Source: a virus (taxonomy: Duplodnaviria > Heunggongvirae > Uroviricota > Caudoviricetes). Taken from it: DNA of 64,000 nucleotides. This document shows positions 49,091 to 59,448 of this stretch, one piece after another (within the stretch, counting starts at the first letter, position 1; every line of letters starts with the position of its first letter). The stretch is taken from the IMG/VR virus record IMGVR_UViG_3300037129_000090. The stretch is one strand, 5' to 3'. The notes beneath the pieces are model-generated. The model was given only the letters and a program-made list of their open reading frames with translations. It ran no database searches and had not been told where the DNA came from. The position numbers were made by a program, and so were the translations under genes.

Positions 49091-49696
49091 TCATCTCTCT
49101 TTCTTTATTTTAAGATTATTGTCAATGTAGGCTTCTGCCTCTCCCCATGTTTTGAATGTAAGTTTTGATTCTGCATGAGGATAAGATTCTTTATCGCGTC
49201 TAGTGTATACTAGATACACCTCTCGCGTGAGTGTGCGGTCGCGTATGTATACGGGAAGCGCGCCTATACCTGTATCTAAGTACACTGGTTGCACTATTCT
49301 AGTATACTGTTCTCCCCTGAGTGTAAACTTATCTTCGTAAACAATTTCTTTAATGAAACACTGATCGGGCATAGATGTACTTATGAATGGAGTCTTACGT
49401 TTCTTGTCTTCGTCTTCCATATTGATTATCTCAACGTTAATACTCTTGAAATAATCGAGAACATTGACAAAAACCCTCACCTGCTGACCGTTGTTATCTA
49501 CAACAAAGCCATTATCACCTGCGAGCGCAAGTTTTGTTTTTATCTCTTCAAGCTCATACCTTGTCTGTTCAAGTTTAACAGTGAGCGGAGCATACCCATT
49601 CGTGAGACCGCTTTCCCTTTCATACAGTACAGCTTCCGCAAAGTCAATAGTGTCTGTATTATTAATCTCACCCATCGTCCATCTTCGATTTGCCAT
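49091..49696 (-). CDS. hypothetical protein
   Basis: SD GGAGATGATAAGTAATG. Confidence 0.55.
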   Translation of the reverse strand: MANRRWTMGEINNTDTIDFAEAVLYERESGLTNGYAPLTVKLEQTRYELEEIKTKLALAGDNGFVVDNNGQQVRVFVNVLDYFKSINVEIINMEDEDKKRKTPFISTSMPDQCFIKEIVYEDKFTLRGEQYTRIVQPVYLDTGIGALPVYIRDRTLTREVYLVYTRRDKESYPHAESKLTFKTWGEAEAYIDNNLKIKKER

Positions 49697-49921
49697 TACT
49701 TATCATCTCCTTATAAATCAAAGAAATTTCTTCTGTTTCTGTATAACATCGATTGTAAGTTTAGCAGCTTCACTTGATAAACAACTGATAGCCGCCTCTG
49801 CATCTTCACCCTTCTTCATAGCCCCTAAGACTTCTAGCACATGCCGTTGATCGTCCAGTGATAGCTTTCCAAAAGCTTCCAATCTCTTAATATCATCTGT
49901 ATTCGTTGATTACCATCTCCT

Positions 49922-50221
49922 TTAAACACTTCCATGCGGATGTGCTAACCACCATTGTCTTGTGTGTTCTTTTGCTTCCTCTAATTTTTCAGGCATAAAA
50001 TATCTTATGTCTCCTTCGGTAAGACCACAAGCAGGACACTGATATAGGGGATTAGTGTTACGCCCGATGTATGGTTCACTAACTCTCACTACTTTTCCGT
50101 TTTCATCTCTCGCCATTGTATCTTCAACAAGCGCATTATGTTTTGCTAGTAGTTTACCTTCGTTGTTTCCACATTTGGGACATGTTAACGGTAATAATTC
50201 ACCTTCGGTCATATTAATCAT
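49922..50221 (-). CDS. zinc-ribbon protein (CPKCG...CPACG)
   Basis: Two CxxC pairs about 45 aa apart; MINM-type start. Confidence 0.5.
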   Translation of the reverse strand: MINMTEGELLPLTCPKCGNNEGKLLAKHNALVEDTMARDENGKVVRVSEPYIGRNTNPLYQCPACGLTEGDIRYFMPEKLEEAKEHTRQWWLAHPHGSV

Positions 50222-50305
50222 CTCCTTTATTCACTACTAATACTAAGCTTATATTGAATATATAATTTTCTGTCTTAACGTTGTTAGTAAAAAGTTGAAA
50301 GAGAG

Positions 50306-50712
50306 TTAGATAGTATATGCGAAGTAAGTAACACCATCGAACTCTATAATGTCCTCTGTCATATAGCGAGATAGGTATTCACCGTAGCCGCCTACTATAT
50401 TATTTGCTATACTCTCAATGAACGAATCAACATCATAAAGCAGATTGAAAAGGCACTCATCGGCATCGAAAACCTCAGAAAGGCTAAGTATTTCAACTGC
50501 TCTTATCATTCCCTCAGTACACCCCGCTTTTGTGTATTTTGCGATTGTCTCAGGACAAAATATGTGCATGTTCTCTTTGAGGACTTTATTGTTTCTTCTA
50601 TCAAGTCATTGGAGTTAATATTAAACATTTCCAGTGAATCGTTGTAAACTCTTTCCTTTGCTTTTTCTGAAAGCTCCCTATATCTGTAAACTGTGACATT
50701 TTTAGTTTCCAT
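50306..50712 (-). pseudogene. possible frameshifted member of the 45142/48595 paralog family (two overlapping ORFs 50506..50712 and 50306..50569)
   Basis: The downstream ORF matches the middle of the family (CPETIAKYTKAGCTEGMIRAVEIL vs DPKTIAEYTFEGATDWMVEAIKAL). The upstream ORF carries the SD and start. They overlap in different frames. Confidence 0.35.
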
Positions 50713-50812
50713 AATTTATCATCTCCGTAATCATTCACTACTCATACTACTCAAGCATTACATATAAACATATCGCTTCTGTCTTTGTTAGTACAAAATA
50801 AGAATTAGTGGA

Positions 50813-51106
50813 TTAAACCCCGAATCGCTCCATATGGAAGTCTTCAAGCCCGAAGTTTATATAAGTCCGGTAATCGCTTATAAGCTTCCTGACTTGCTCT
50901 ACTGTAAACGTAAGAACATTATAATAAATATTGTAATCTTGAAGATAATAATCGTTTCTATCCTGCTGCATGTCTATATCATACCTCGGTCTAAACGATA
51001 TGGATAAACTCTGTGTGCCTCTAGCACTCACTTCTATTCTTCCATCCAACTTAGGATACATTATTTGTGCTTCATCTACTATCATTGCTAATGTGTGTAA
51101 ATCCAT
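50813..51106 (-). CDS. hypothetical protein
   Basis: ORF only. Confidence 0.45.
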   Translation of the reverse strand: MDLHTLAMIVDEAQIMYPKLDGRIEVSARGTQSLSISFRPRYDIDMQQDRNDYYLQDYNIYYNVLTFTVEQVRKLISDYRTYINFGLEDFHMERFGV

Positions 51107-51133
51107 ATCGTATCAACTCCTTATTAAAAATAA

Positions 51134-51553
51134 TTAAAATAGGGACAGTTTTAGCCCTGTAAAGTTCTCGAATATCGGTTTTAATTGGTCAACATACAAA
51201 TCCTCAAAAGTTTCTACAGTCTTGGGAGGTTGCGTTACTGTTAGATAGTAAGCTTGTTTATCGCTATCGCCTTTATTCTCTCTTTTTGCTTTCGGGATTT
51301 TGATAAATTCCATCTTGTATAGGTCTTTACCCTCAAGATATGTAATTCTGCAATGTGACGCTTTTTTACATAGCTTAAACTGGAAAGTCATTTCTCCTTT
51401 TCTGCTGTATGTAAAATTCTTAGCTCCTAACATGGATTGAAGCCTTCCATAACCGCCCATTTGAGCAATTATTGTGTCGCCTATGCGTTTAGCTGTTTCA
51501 TTATCATAAAGGTAATCTTGTGTTTCCATAGTTATGTATCTCCTTTTAATCAT
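51134..51553 (-). CDS. hypothetical protein
   Basis: SD GGAGATACAT. Confidence 0.5.
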   Translation of the reverse strand: MIKRRYITMETQDYLYDNETAKRIGDTIIAQMGGYGRLQSMLGAKNFTYSRKGEMTFQFKLCKKASHCRITYLEGKDLYKMEFIKIPKAKRENKGDSDKQAYYLTVTQPPKTVETFEDLYVDQLKPIFENFTGLKLSLF

Positions 51554-51610
51554 TCTTTACTAATACTATGCACACATTACATATATACTTTTCTATTATG
51601 TCTTTGTTAT

Positions 51611-51845
51611 TTATTCCTCATACTGCTTGTCCTGTGTCTCAGCTTCAAGAAGAATCTGATAGTAATTTGAATACAAGTTATATATTCGTGTATCACCGAC
51701 AGCATGTGCAAAAACCATTATTCCTAGACACTTATCTTTAGTTAAAAGAGCCTTAAATGCATCCATACTAAATTTAGGAAGATTAACTCTTTCCATAAGC
51801 ATAATAGCCGCCGCATCTGTTGTTATTATAAATTCATCTTTCATA
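51611..51845 (-). CDS. hypothetical small protein
   Basis: Likely start MKDEF after AGGTGATAAT; the listed ORF 51611..52003 is over-extended into the upstream gene. Confidence 0.4.
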
Positions 51846-51872
51846 TTATCACCTACAAAAAATATTAGTGGA

Positions 51873-52367
51873 TTATTCTGAAACCCACTCATAATTAGCC
51901 ATTTCTTGCTTTTCGTTGTATTTCGTTGAGTGCGTTTGTGTTCCATTGTATTTAGTTGACTGTATTTGTGTTTGCACTGTCGGAGTTGTAATATCCTCAG
52001 CACTTAGAATGTTTCGATACTGTGAAATTACATCCCATCTGTAACTTACACAATCAAACTTATACTTATGACCTACTTGAATTTTTCCGTACAAGTCGCT
52101 CGAATTCCAACGCCCATTTATCGCAGAATCCCGAATTGCATAAGTTTCATTATTACCCCATACCAAATACTGAGCTGATTTTCCGTCTTTAGAAACCACT
52201 CTCTCGGCTTTTGTAACCGTGTCATAAGCTGTGCTGTGCTGTGTATCCATATAGAGACCATATACCCATATACCCACTGAGAGCCCAATTATAAGCAATA
52301 TAACAAGCACATAGATTAAATCAAATGCGCCTTCTGCTTTTTCATTATTTCTGAAACTCTTTACCAT
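51873..52367 (-). CDS. membrane protein with pilin-like N-terminus
   Basis: KAEG|AFDLIYVLVILLIIGL resembles a class III (prepilin-type) signal; SD GGAGATGTTAAACATG. Confidence 0.45.
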   Translation of the reverse strand: MVKSFRNNEKAEGAFDLIYVLVILLIIGLSVGIWVYGLYMDTQHSTAYDTVTKAERVVSKDGKSAQYLVWGNNETYAIRDSAINGRWNSSDLYGKIQVGHKYKFDCVSYRWDVISQYRNILSAEDITTPTVQTQIQSTKYNGTQTHSTKYNEKQEMANYEWVSE

Positions 52368-52369
52368 GT

Positions 52370-52582
52370 TTAACATCTCCTGTTTTGTTTTATTGATTGT
52401 CTTTTGTCGTTTATAGCTGTTTGAATTATAAGTACTGCAAAGTCAAATATACCGACACAACATAAAGCAACTGTGTCAATTAATTTTTCATTCGGAAATA
52501 CTGTATTAGACAATAGTGAAACTGCAATTACTATAATCATTGCCAGAATGCATGTCAACATATTTTTATAATATTCATCCAT
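52370..52582 (-). CDS. small membrane protein
   Basis: Two TM helices. Confidence 0.45.
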   Translation of the reverse strand: MDEYYKNMLTCILAMIIVIAVSLLSNTVFPNEKLIDTVALCCVGIFDFAVLIIQTAINDKRQSIKQNRRC

Positions 52583-52595
52583 TCTTAGCCGCTCC

Positions 52596-52805
52596 TTAAT
52601 TGATTAATCCCATTTTTACATGGTATTCCTCTTTTGTGAATTTACCTTCATTGATTAGAACATCAAGAACCTTGCTAACATCAGATGTCGTATATCCTGT
52701 TCTCATTGAAACTGTCAAAGCAACATCACATATATACGTTCTGTGTTCGCTGTGTTCTTCTAAGGCTCTTCTTGCTTCTGCTTCTATCACATTTTTATCT
52801 ACCAT
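52596..52805 (-). CDS. hypothetical small protein
   Basis: SD AGGGTAAGGTGATAACAATATG. Confidence 0.5.
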   Translation of the reverse strand: MVDKNVIEAEARRALEEHSEHRTYICDVALTVSMRTGYTTSDVSKVLDVLINEGKFTKEEYHVKMGLIN

Positions 52806-52995
52806 ATTGTTATCACCTTACCCTTTTCTTAGTATCCTAACGTCATTACTCTATTCAATCTTTCAGAATCAAGGCAACCTGCACCTGTCCTATAAACACA
52901 ATGACAGCATTTTGTTTTCTTGCATTCTGCTTTTGTTTGTGGTTTTTGCTCTCCGAATATTCCGCTTTCCATATCCGACACCTTACCCTACTTAC

Positions 52996-53202
52996 TCACT
53001 CACAAAAAACTCTCAAGCTCTGCATGTCAATATCTTTTAATGACTCTATCGCGCTTGTGTGTGATTTAATCTCTTCTTCCCACTGCCTTATTAAGTGGTT
53101 ATCATTATCTTCCTGCTTCTCAGTCGCTATCATTCGCTGTAATAGCTCTATTTCTTCCTTTAAGTGTTCTATCGTTCTCCAATGCGATTCGTACATAGCC
53201 AT
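52996..53202 (-). CDS. hypothetical small coiled-coil protein
   Basis: ORF only. Confidence 0.4.
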   Translation of the reverse strand: MAMYESHWRTIEHLKEEIELLQRMIATEKQEDNDNHLIRQWEEEIKSHTSAIESLKDIDMQSLRVFCE

Positions 53203-53216
53203 ACCTTATCCTCTCC

Positions 53217-53447
53217 TTAATCTGTTTCCTTACCCTTAGCTGCCTTGTATATTGCTTGTTTCTTCATCATCAGATAATCATTATATGCAAATGCAAGATG
53301 AGTATCCACGATTCCAATAGTGAATACAGTTATCAAGCCATCCACTACCTGAAATGTCGATTCAATTATAGTTTCGTGTCTCCTGTATTGGAAATAACCA
53401 TACTGAGACTTCTTGTATCGTAAATCAAAGCCTACAAACTTTTTCAT
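53217..53447 (-). CDS. hypothetical small protein
   Basis: SD GGAGGGTAAGGTATG. Confidence 0.5.
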   Translation of the reverse strand: MKKFVGFDLRYKKSQYGYFQYRRHETIIESTFQVVDGLITVFTIGIVDTHLAFAYNDYLMMKKQAIYKAAKGKETD

Positions 53448-53471
53448 ACCTTACCCTCCGCTTCCTTACCC

Positions 53472-53696
53472 TTATGCGCTTCCTCTTACTAACTCAGCGC
53501 ATGGAGTTATAATAATCTCATCCGGCTCTCCTTTTACATGCTCTATATCGCTCTCCTTTACCATACCTGACCGCATTTGCTCAAGAATCATATTTCTTGC
53601 TTCATCAACATTTCGAGCATACGCAAACGCAAAGCCTAAGCCGTACTGCTCTAATATGTCTCTCCAAATAAAAAGTTTAAATGAAGGTACTCGCAT
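53472..53696 (-). CDS. hypothetical small protein
   Basis: ORF only. Confidence 0.45.
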   Translation of the reverse strand: MRVPSFKLFIWRDILEQYGLGFAFAYARNVDEARNMILEQMRSGMVKESDIEHVKGEPDEIIITPCAELVRGSA

Positions 53697-53702
53697 TTAT
53701 TA

Positions 53703-53993
53703 TCAACTCCTTAGCCTACTATTGAGATAATTTATTTGGTCTTGAATTTCTTCCTCTGTATATTCGACACCAACTAAATCAAGAATATTTCCAGCCATGT
53801 CATACGATTTTATTTTATTGTATGGTAAATTATCGTTATCGTTTAGTACATTAGTTCTGTGATATTGCTCTCTGTACTGTAAACATTCACCTGAATGGTG
53901 ACAGTATCTACAAAAGCTATAATGTGTTAGATTATAGCACCCGAATGTATCCCTAGTTTTTTGTTGCATAAGTTTTACCTCTACTTCTAACAA
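53703..53993 (-). CDS. Cys/His-rich small protein
   Basis: CYNLTHYSFCRYCHHSGEC; upstream AAAAGTATATATATAA TATA-like box and GAGGT SD. Confidence 0.5.
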   Translation of the reverse strand: MLEVEVKLMQQKTRDTFGCYNLTHYSFCRYCHHSGECLQYREQYHRTNVLNDNDNLPYNKIKSYDMAGNILDLVGVEYTEEEIQDQINYLNSRLRS

Positions 53994-54031
53994 GTACTAC
54001 ATTATATATATACTTTTCTGTTCTGTTCTTG

Positions 54032-54379
54032 TTATATTTCGATACTAACTAATTCGTCACCGTCCTCGAATTCGTCAACCCATCCATGACAGTCTACTAT
54101 TTTTTTAATTCTGTTATACTTCATATTCCAGAGAATTGTGTCATTCTCGCCGTTAATGTTCTCCGCTTGCACTTCTTCATAAGTCTTAACTATACCGTTA
54201 ATAAAATAATTGCCACTCTTTTCTAGTACCTTTCCGTCATCTGATACCTTTGTTAAAAACTGAAACGATGCCGGAAATACACCATGACTATTGATAAACT
54301 GTATAGCTCTTTTTTTAACCGCTTCAATATCCCACTCAGGAATTTCTTCTAAAACTGGTTGACTACTTCCAAAATTCAT
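54032..54379 (-). CDS. hypothetical protein
   Basis: ORF only. Confidence 0.5.
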   Translation of the reverse strand: MNFGSSQPVLEEIPEWDIEAVKKRAIQFINSHGVFPASFQFLTKVSDDGKVLEKSGNYFINGIVKTYEEVQAENINGENDTILWNMKYNRIKKIVDCHGWVDEFEDGDELVSIEI

Positions 54380-54685
54380 CGGAATATCAAACCTAACAAA
54401 CTTTTTACCATATTTATCTACCTCATATATTTTAATTCTTACAACAAACTAAGTACTTATAACATATATACCTTTCTGTTCTGTTCTTGTTATACTTATT
54501 TTCAAGCTCTATAACTCAGATAAATTGTATTCAGGATTAAAACTTGCCTTTACTACAAGCCCATAGAGAGGATTTTACAAGCTTCTTAATGGAATATTAT
54601 CTCAGCTTGTCTAATCCTCTCTAATAGCCTGTAATTGCGTTACGTGTCTATGTGTTTATGAATATGCTCTCCTGTATGCGTATGT

Positions 54686-54722
54686 AAGAAAAAGGTTTAA
54701 AGGTAACTAAAATTTAAACCTC
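54686..54722 (-). terminator. hairpin GGTTTAAA-N11-TTTAAACC followed (minus strand) by TTTTTCTT
   Basis: 8-bp perfect stem spanning the stop of the SNF2 gene. Confidence 0.5.
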
Positions 54723-57056
54723 TGCAAGCGCATACAATTCTTCATTTAACGAATCATAATCTACTTCCACTTTTCTACTTGTTTTCTGTTTACATGCATA
54801 TTTTGAAATGTTTGCGTATAAATCAAAGCGCAGTTTTTTGTTATCAGAGACCACTGTTTGAGATGTGCCTCGCTTTTCTTCAAGTAACATCATTTTATAC
54901 TCTTCTATTGTATCCTCTGATAATGTATAGTAGCATGTGACAGCGTTTTTCTGTGTTATTCTGTGTGTCCTGTCTTCCGCTTGGTCATGGTCAGCGGGAG
55001 TCCACCCCAATTCAAGGAAAACGACATTAGAAGAAGCTGTAAGCGTCAGTCCAACACCGGCTGCCTTAATATTTCCGAGAAACACTAAGATTTCAGGGTC
55101 ATTCTGGAATTTTTCTTTAGCCGCTTGTCTTACTTCATCTTTCTTTACTGAGCCGTCAATCCTTACAAACTTTACTTTATCGTCCTCGAAATGTTTTTGT
55201 AATTTGTCTAAGGTCTTTATGTGAGTTGCGAATATTACTACTTTAGTTCCGGTAGCAATAAAGCTGTTATCTATCCACTCGATAGCGTTTTTCATCTTGC
55301 CTTCTATAACAATTTGACTTAATCGCTCAAACCCTCCTAATAATTGACCTCTCAGCATTTCTATTTCTTTTTGTATGCTTACTGATTGTGTTTCTTGGTA
55401 TTCAATATATAAATCCTTTATCATATCCTTTATTTCTTCAAGTTCAAGTTCCACAGCACGGTAAGCCGCCCTGTTATCAAGTTCAAAGACTACTGGTACT
55501 CTTCGCTTGTCTGGAAGCTCTTTAAGAACATCCTCTTTAATTCTTCTTATCATTACTGCTTGTAATAATGTAGCTAACTCTTTTAAATTAGTTGCACCGC
55601 TGAAATCCCATGCAGTACGATTGAACCCGATACTTATTTCCTTTCCACCACAGAACTTTTTACCAAAATTAAAGAAACCCTTAGTGGGATATAATCTTGG
55701 ATTAATAATATTCAATTGTGTGTATAATTCTTTTGGTTTATTTAATACTGGTGTTCCTGTTGCCAATATTACCATAGGCACATTTTCAGTTATTTCCTGC
55801 GCTGCCTTAGTTCTTTGAGCCTCAAGATTTTTAAGCATATGACTTTCATCAAAAACCATTATCTGAGGATTCAATTGTTTTATTTCTTCTTTATATTTTT
55901 TAAGCATATCATAATTTATTATTATTATGCTTGCTATAAGTGCTTTTTGTTTTCCGCTCTTGATTACCTGTATATCGTCGTTAGTATCAAGCCATGTTTC
56001 GCATTCATACCGCCAGTTAAGTTTAAGGCTTGCCGGACATACTATTACTGCCGTTCTTGCATCTTTATGAAGCTGTATAAATGAAAGTATTTCAATTGTT
56101 TTCCCTAATCCCATTTCATCAGCTATTAAAGCTCTGCCTTTTGCTAATTGCAGAAATTCTAAACAAGCCTTCTGAAAAGGCATTAACGTTTTACCGTGTC
56201 CGAATCCACCCAAATCAAATTCGGCATCTGTAGACATTGCTCTTGCTTTAGACTGTAAAAGTTTTCTGTTGGCAACAAATTGTATAAATTCAGAACTCAT
56301 TTTAGCATTAGGGAACTTCTCAAGAACTTCCTCAACATTATTAAGAGGTACAGTCCAATATTTTCCTGTTTCATCCTTCTCGAATTTCCTAACACTTAAT
56401 TCTTGTGCTTTAGATATAAGTTCTTCATTGTAAGGAAAACGTATGTGTATTCTGTCTCCCGCAATTGATAATGTTAAATCACTGGATTGAGAAGGAGTTG
56501 CACCTATTTCTTTGTTATTTACAACTGCAACCGCCGCTGCTTTTACATCTTTATTATTGAAATCTTCATTTTCGGCTATCCATTGTAAATATCCTAGATT
56601 TTCCTCTGCAAGTTGAGCCATAGATTTTCCTTTATGTTTACCTATAGGCATAATAAAGGCTTTCCATGATTCACGAATGACTATTTTTTGTTTAGTCCTT
56701 GTTACTGTTTTATTAGAATCTTGTGTTTCGTGCTTGCCATGAAATTCAAGTTTAATATCATCGTAATTAATACCGAAGTGTGATAACTGTTTCGTGTATT
56801 TCTTCAATTTTAGATACATTTCAATAACTGTAGAATCCCATAAGCCGCCTGTCGCTCTCTCTTTAGCTAAAAATGGTTTAAAGAATTTAGCATCAAGCCC
56901 ATTAAACCCCTGCTCATCAAGAGCCTTTGCGCCATCACAAACACAATCAAGAACGTTAGCCGCCCTCAAAATAGTTATTCTTGCTTCCGGCGTAAGTTTT
57001 CCGTATATTTGGGACATTTTAATTGCTTGGTCTTTTATTTTTTCATGCTCTTCCAT
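54714..57056 (-). CDS. HARP-SNF2 family helicase (SMARCAL1-like annealing helicase architecture) with N-terminal extension
   Basis: SNF2 motifs LADEMGLGKTIE (I), DESHMLKN (II), LATGTPVLNKPKELY (III), QAEDRTHRITQ (VI). Upstream HARP-like segment (RIHIRFPYNEELISKAQEL...KYWTVP) and MPIGKHKGKSMAQL...YLQWI motif. Confidence 0.8.
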   Translation of the reverse strand: MEEHEKIKDQAIKMSQIYGKLTPEARITILRAANVLDCVCDGAKALDEQGFNGLDAKFFKPFLAKERATGGLWDSTVIEMYLKLKKYTKQLSHFGINYDDIKLEFHGKHETQDSNKTVTRTKQKIVIRESWKAFIMPIGKHKGKSMAQLAEENLGYLQWIAENEDFNNKDVKAAAVAVVNNKEIGATPSQSSDLTLSIAGDRIHIRFPYNEELISKAQELSVRKFEKDETGKYWTVPLNNVEEVLEKFPNAKMSSEFIQFVANRKLLQSKARAMSTDAEFDLGGFGHGKTLMPFQKACLEFLQLAKGRALIADEMGLGKTIEILSFIQLHKDARTAVIVCPASLKLNWRYECETWLDTNDDIQVIKSGKQKALIASIIIINYDMLKKYKEEIKQLNPQIMVFDESHMLKNLEAQRTKAAQEITENVPMVILATGTPVLNKPKELYTQLNIINPRLYPTKGFFNFGKKFCGGKEISIGFNRTAWDFSGATNLKELATLLQAVMIRRIKEDVLKELPDKRRVPVVFELDNRAAYRAVELELEEIKDMIKDLYIEYQETQSVSIQKEIEMLRGQLLGGFERLSQIVIEGKMKNAIEWIDNSFIATGTKVVIFATHIKTLDKLQKHFEDDKVKFVRIDGSVKKDEVRQAAKEKFQNDPEILVFLGNIKAAGVGLTLTASSNVVFLELGWTPADHDQAEDRTHRITQKNAVTCYYTLSEDTIEEYKMMLLEEKRGTSQTVVSDNKKLRFDLYANISKYACKQKTSRKVEVDYDSLNEELYALAEV

Positions 57057-57444
57057 AGTTAGAACCTCTCTAATAATATTCTTGCCTGTATCTTCCTATA
57101 TGAGAGTATTCATATATAAGCATATTGCTTTAAACATTGATAGCTAAATCAGATATTGAAGAACCATTTTAAAAAATAAATTAAATAGGCATATGATTGA
57201 ATTATCTTAAACGAAATTATTACAAGCGTTATTATAAAGTTCATAATTACCACCGCTCTCTACTTGACCGCTCAATCATCTTGCGTTCTGCTTTTTCTGC
57301 ATTTTTACGCTCATGTTCTGCTCTAAGCGCGGGATTTACAAAATATTCATAAGCCGCTCTTATTGCAGACACTACAATAAACAATATCATTGCATAAAAT
57401 CCCCAACTCATAGGTTATCAACTCCATTTATTTTCTAAAGTTCT

Positions 57445-57570
57445 CTCCTTACCCATCTCAACGTTTCCTCTGTTATCGTTTATCTTCTTTATTCTTTTTA
57501 ATCGCTCCTTACCCTTCCTATTTGTCCTCTCCTTACCCTTTATATTCTCCTTACCCCTCCTGAGATGTCA
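57445..57570 (-). repeat. four spaced copies of GGGTAAGGAG (minus strand; CTCCTTACCC on plus), 28-40 bp apart, in a non-coding stretch
   Basis: The same decamer serves as the SD in front of several nearby genes (for example 52805 and 53447). Here no ORF follows. Confidence 0.5.
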
Positions 57571-57649
57571 ACCACTGTTGTTTTATTCTCTTTTCTTTTC
57601 CATCTACTTATTTTAAGATTGATTCTATATGTCATTAATTATCATCTCC

Positions 57650-58081
57650 TTAATCATAAACTAATCTGGTCATAATCTCATCAAGCTTTATGTCTCTATA
57701 TTCAGCTTCTTGAAATACTTTTTCTGCAAGCTCAACCGTCATTTTAATGTAATCATTATAATTGTTTATCGGTTCGCCGCTTTCAGCTATTCCGATTAAG
57801 TTTAGTAAGCTGTCGGTAACTTCAATATACAAGGGAATTAAACCCTCTCCATTCTGAAAGTCAAAGTATGGGCATGACCGCACAATAAAGTTTTCACTGT
57901 GCCAATAAGCTATTTTTCCATAACTTAACAGGCTATCAAAGCTTAGTTTAAAGCTCTCTCCGTTTATCGTTATGTTGCCTTTATAGTCCATAAAATCCTC
58001 TATGTTAGCTATGTAATGCATTTCTAGCATTTCCATAGTAAACATTAAGTTATTATCCTCTATAAGCCTTGTATTAACCAT
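57650..58081 (-). CDS. hypothetical protein
   Basis: SD GGAGATGATAATTAATG. Confidence 0.55.
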   Translation of the reverse strand: MVNTRLIEDNNLMFTMEMLEMHYIANIEDFMDYKGNITINGESFKLSFDSLLSYGKIAYWHSENFIVRSCPYFDFQNGEGLIPLYIEVTDSLLNLIGIAESGEPINNYNDYIKMTVELAEKVFQEAEYRDIKLDEIMTRLVYD

Positions 58082-58482
58082 TTTAAGACCATCTCCATAT
58101 TAAGTGATATGTTCCTATTAACTAATCTATTTTCATTGTGTGCGCTGCTATAAGGCATTTCATATAGTAACAATTATCAAAATCTTCCTTCCTACACATT
58201 GAAAGTGTGTAAGAGGGACACTCAGGAGTATTACACTCCTTAACAAGTCTTGATTCTGGTTTCTGGTGTTTACTTCTCTTGATTTCTGTTTTATCCATAA
58301 TTAAACCTTCTTGTTACCACGCATAAACAGGATAGATACTTATTAAACTTAGTACGTTTCCTGTTGCTCTTGCTTTATCTGCTGCATTCGGCACACTAAC
58401 GGCATCAATAGGCATTATACGAATACTTCCAGACAAATCTTCAAACGTTACATCGAATTTTACCATAGTTTTAAGCCTCCTG

Positions 58483-58857
58483 TTATGCTTTTATCATTTG
58501 TACTCCTGTTATGTGTTCACCCTTAACGTTTCTTAACTTCTCGCTTTCATCGAAAACGATTATCTTAACATTTGCGTTTAATATCGCTTCTTTATGTTTC
58601 TTGAATAAAACATAATCAATAATTATTATGCTTCCGGTTATTTCTACAGCTTTAAAGCCCTTGATTTCCTGTACTGTTTCAGTTTCACCGAAGAACTTTT
58701 CCGCTTCATTTACCCAGTTCTGTTTTAAGATAGTCTCGCAAACAATCACTGAGGGTCTCGCTTCTTTGTTGTTCAGTAAATAATTTAATGATTGAATTGT
58801 TTTTCCTGTTCCCATTTCTTCTAACATAGCTTTAAGCCTCCGATTTTCATTAATCAA
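58483..58857 (-). pseudogene. SNF2 helicase N-terminal fragment (motifs I-II only), decayed paralog of 54714..57056
   Basis: EEMGTGKTIQSL (motif I) and IIVFDESEKLRN (motif II), aligning with IIINYDMLKKYKEEIKQLNPQIMVFDESHMLKN of the full gene. Ends after 124 aa. Confidence 0.55.
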
Positions 58858-59048
58858 AAAAGGACATTAGCATATATAAGCTTATTGGTTTTATCCTTGT
58901 TGCTATTCTAAGCCCTTCTAAGCCCTTGTATATGCGTTATGTGTGTTTATATCTATATGCGCTTGTATGCCCGCCTGTGAGCCTCTTAATACCTTCTCAG
59001 CTTAAGTTTAAGTTTATGGTCTTTTTCTAGTCTTTTCCTTTTATTAAA

Positions 59049-59441
59049 TTAAATACACTGCTTGAATTGTAAAAACTTATTTCCGTATCTTTCAAATTGA
59101 TATTTTTTTCCAATTGCATTTTCTATATTACGATTAGCTGAAAAATCTGGTAAAAATACACTACTAAAATTTTCAAGCTCATCAATAAATACTAATTTAA
59201 TTCCAGTATTAAAGTCAACGTTAACTTCTGATGTTATTGTTTTTTCGTTTGTGCAATCCCTTAATATTATTGAAGTTGTATAGTTTTCTTCTTGCATGTC
59301 CTTTGATTCATTAAATTGAATTTCATTAATCTCATAAATATTAGGACATACTGGTTTTTCAGCATCAATAGCCAATGTTGTTACTACTGTTTTTTCAGAA
59401 TACCCTATTTTCTTTGTTACTTTTTTAACCATGTTTAACAT
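59049..59441 (-). CDS. hypothetical protein
   Basis: MLNM-type start. Confidence 0.5.
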   Translation of the reverse strand: MLNMVKKVTKKIGYSEKTVVTTLAIDAEKPVCPNIYEINEIQFNESKDMQEENYTTSIILRDCTNEKTITSEVNVDFNTGIKLVFIDELENFSSVFLPDFSANRNIENAIGKKYQFERYGNKFLQFKQCI

Positions 59442-59448
59442 CTCCTTG

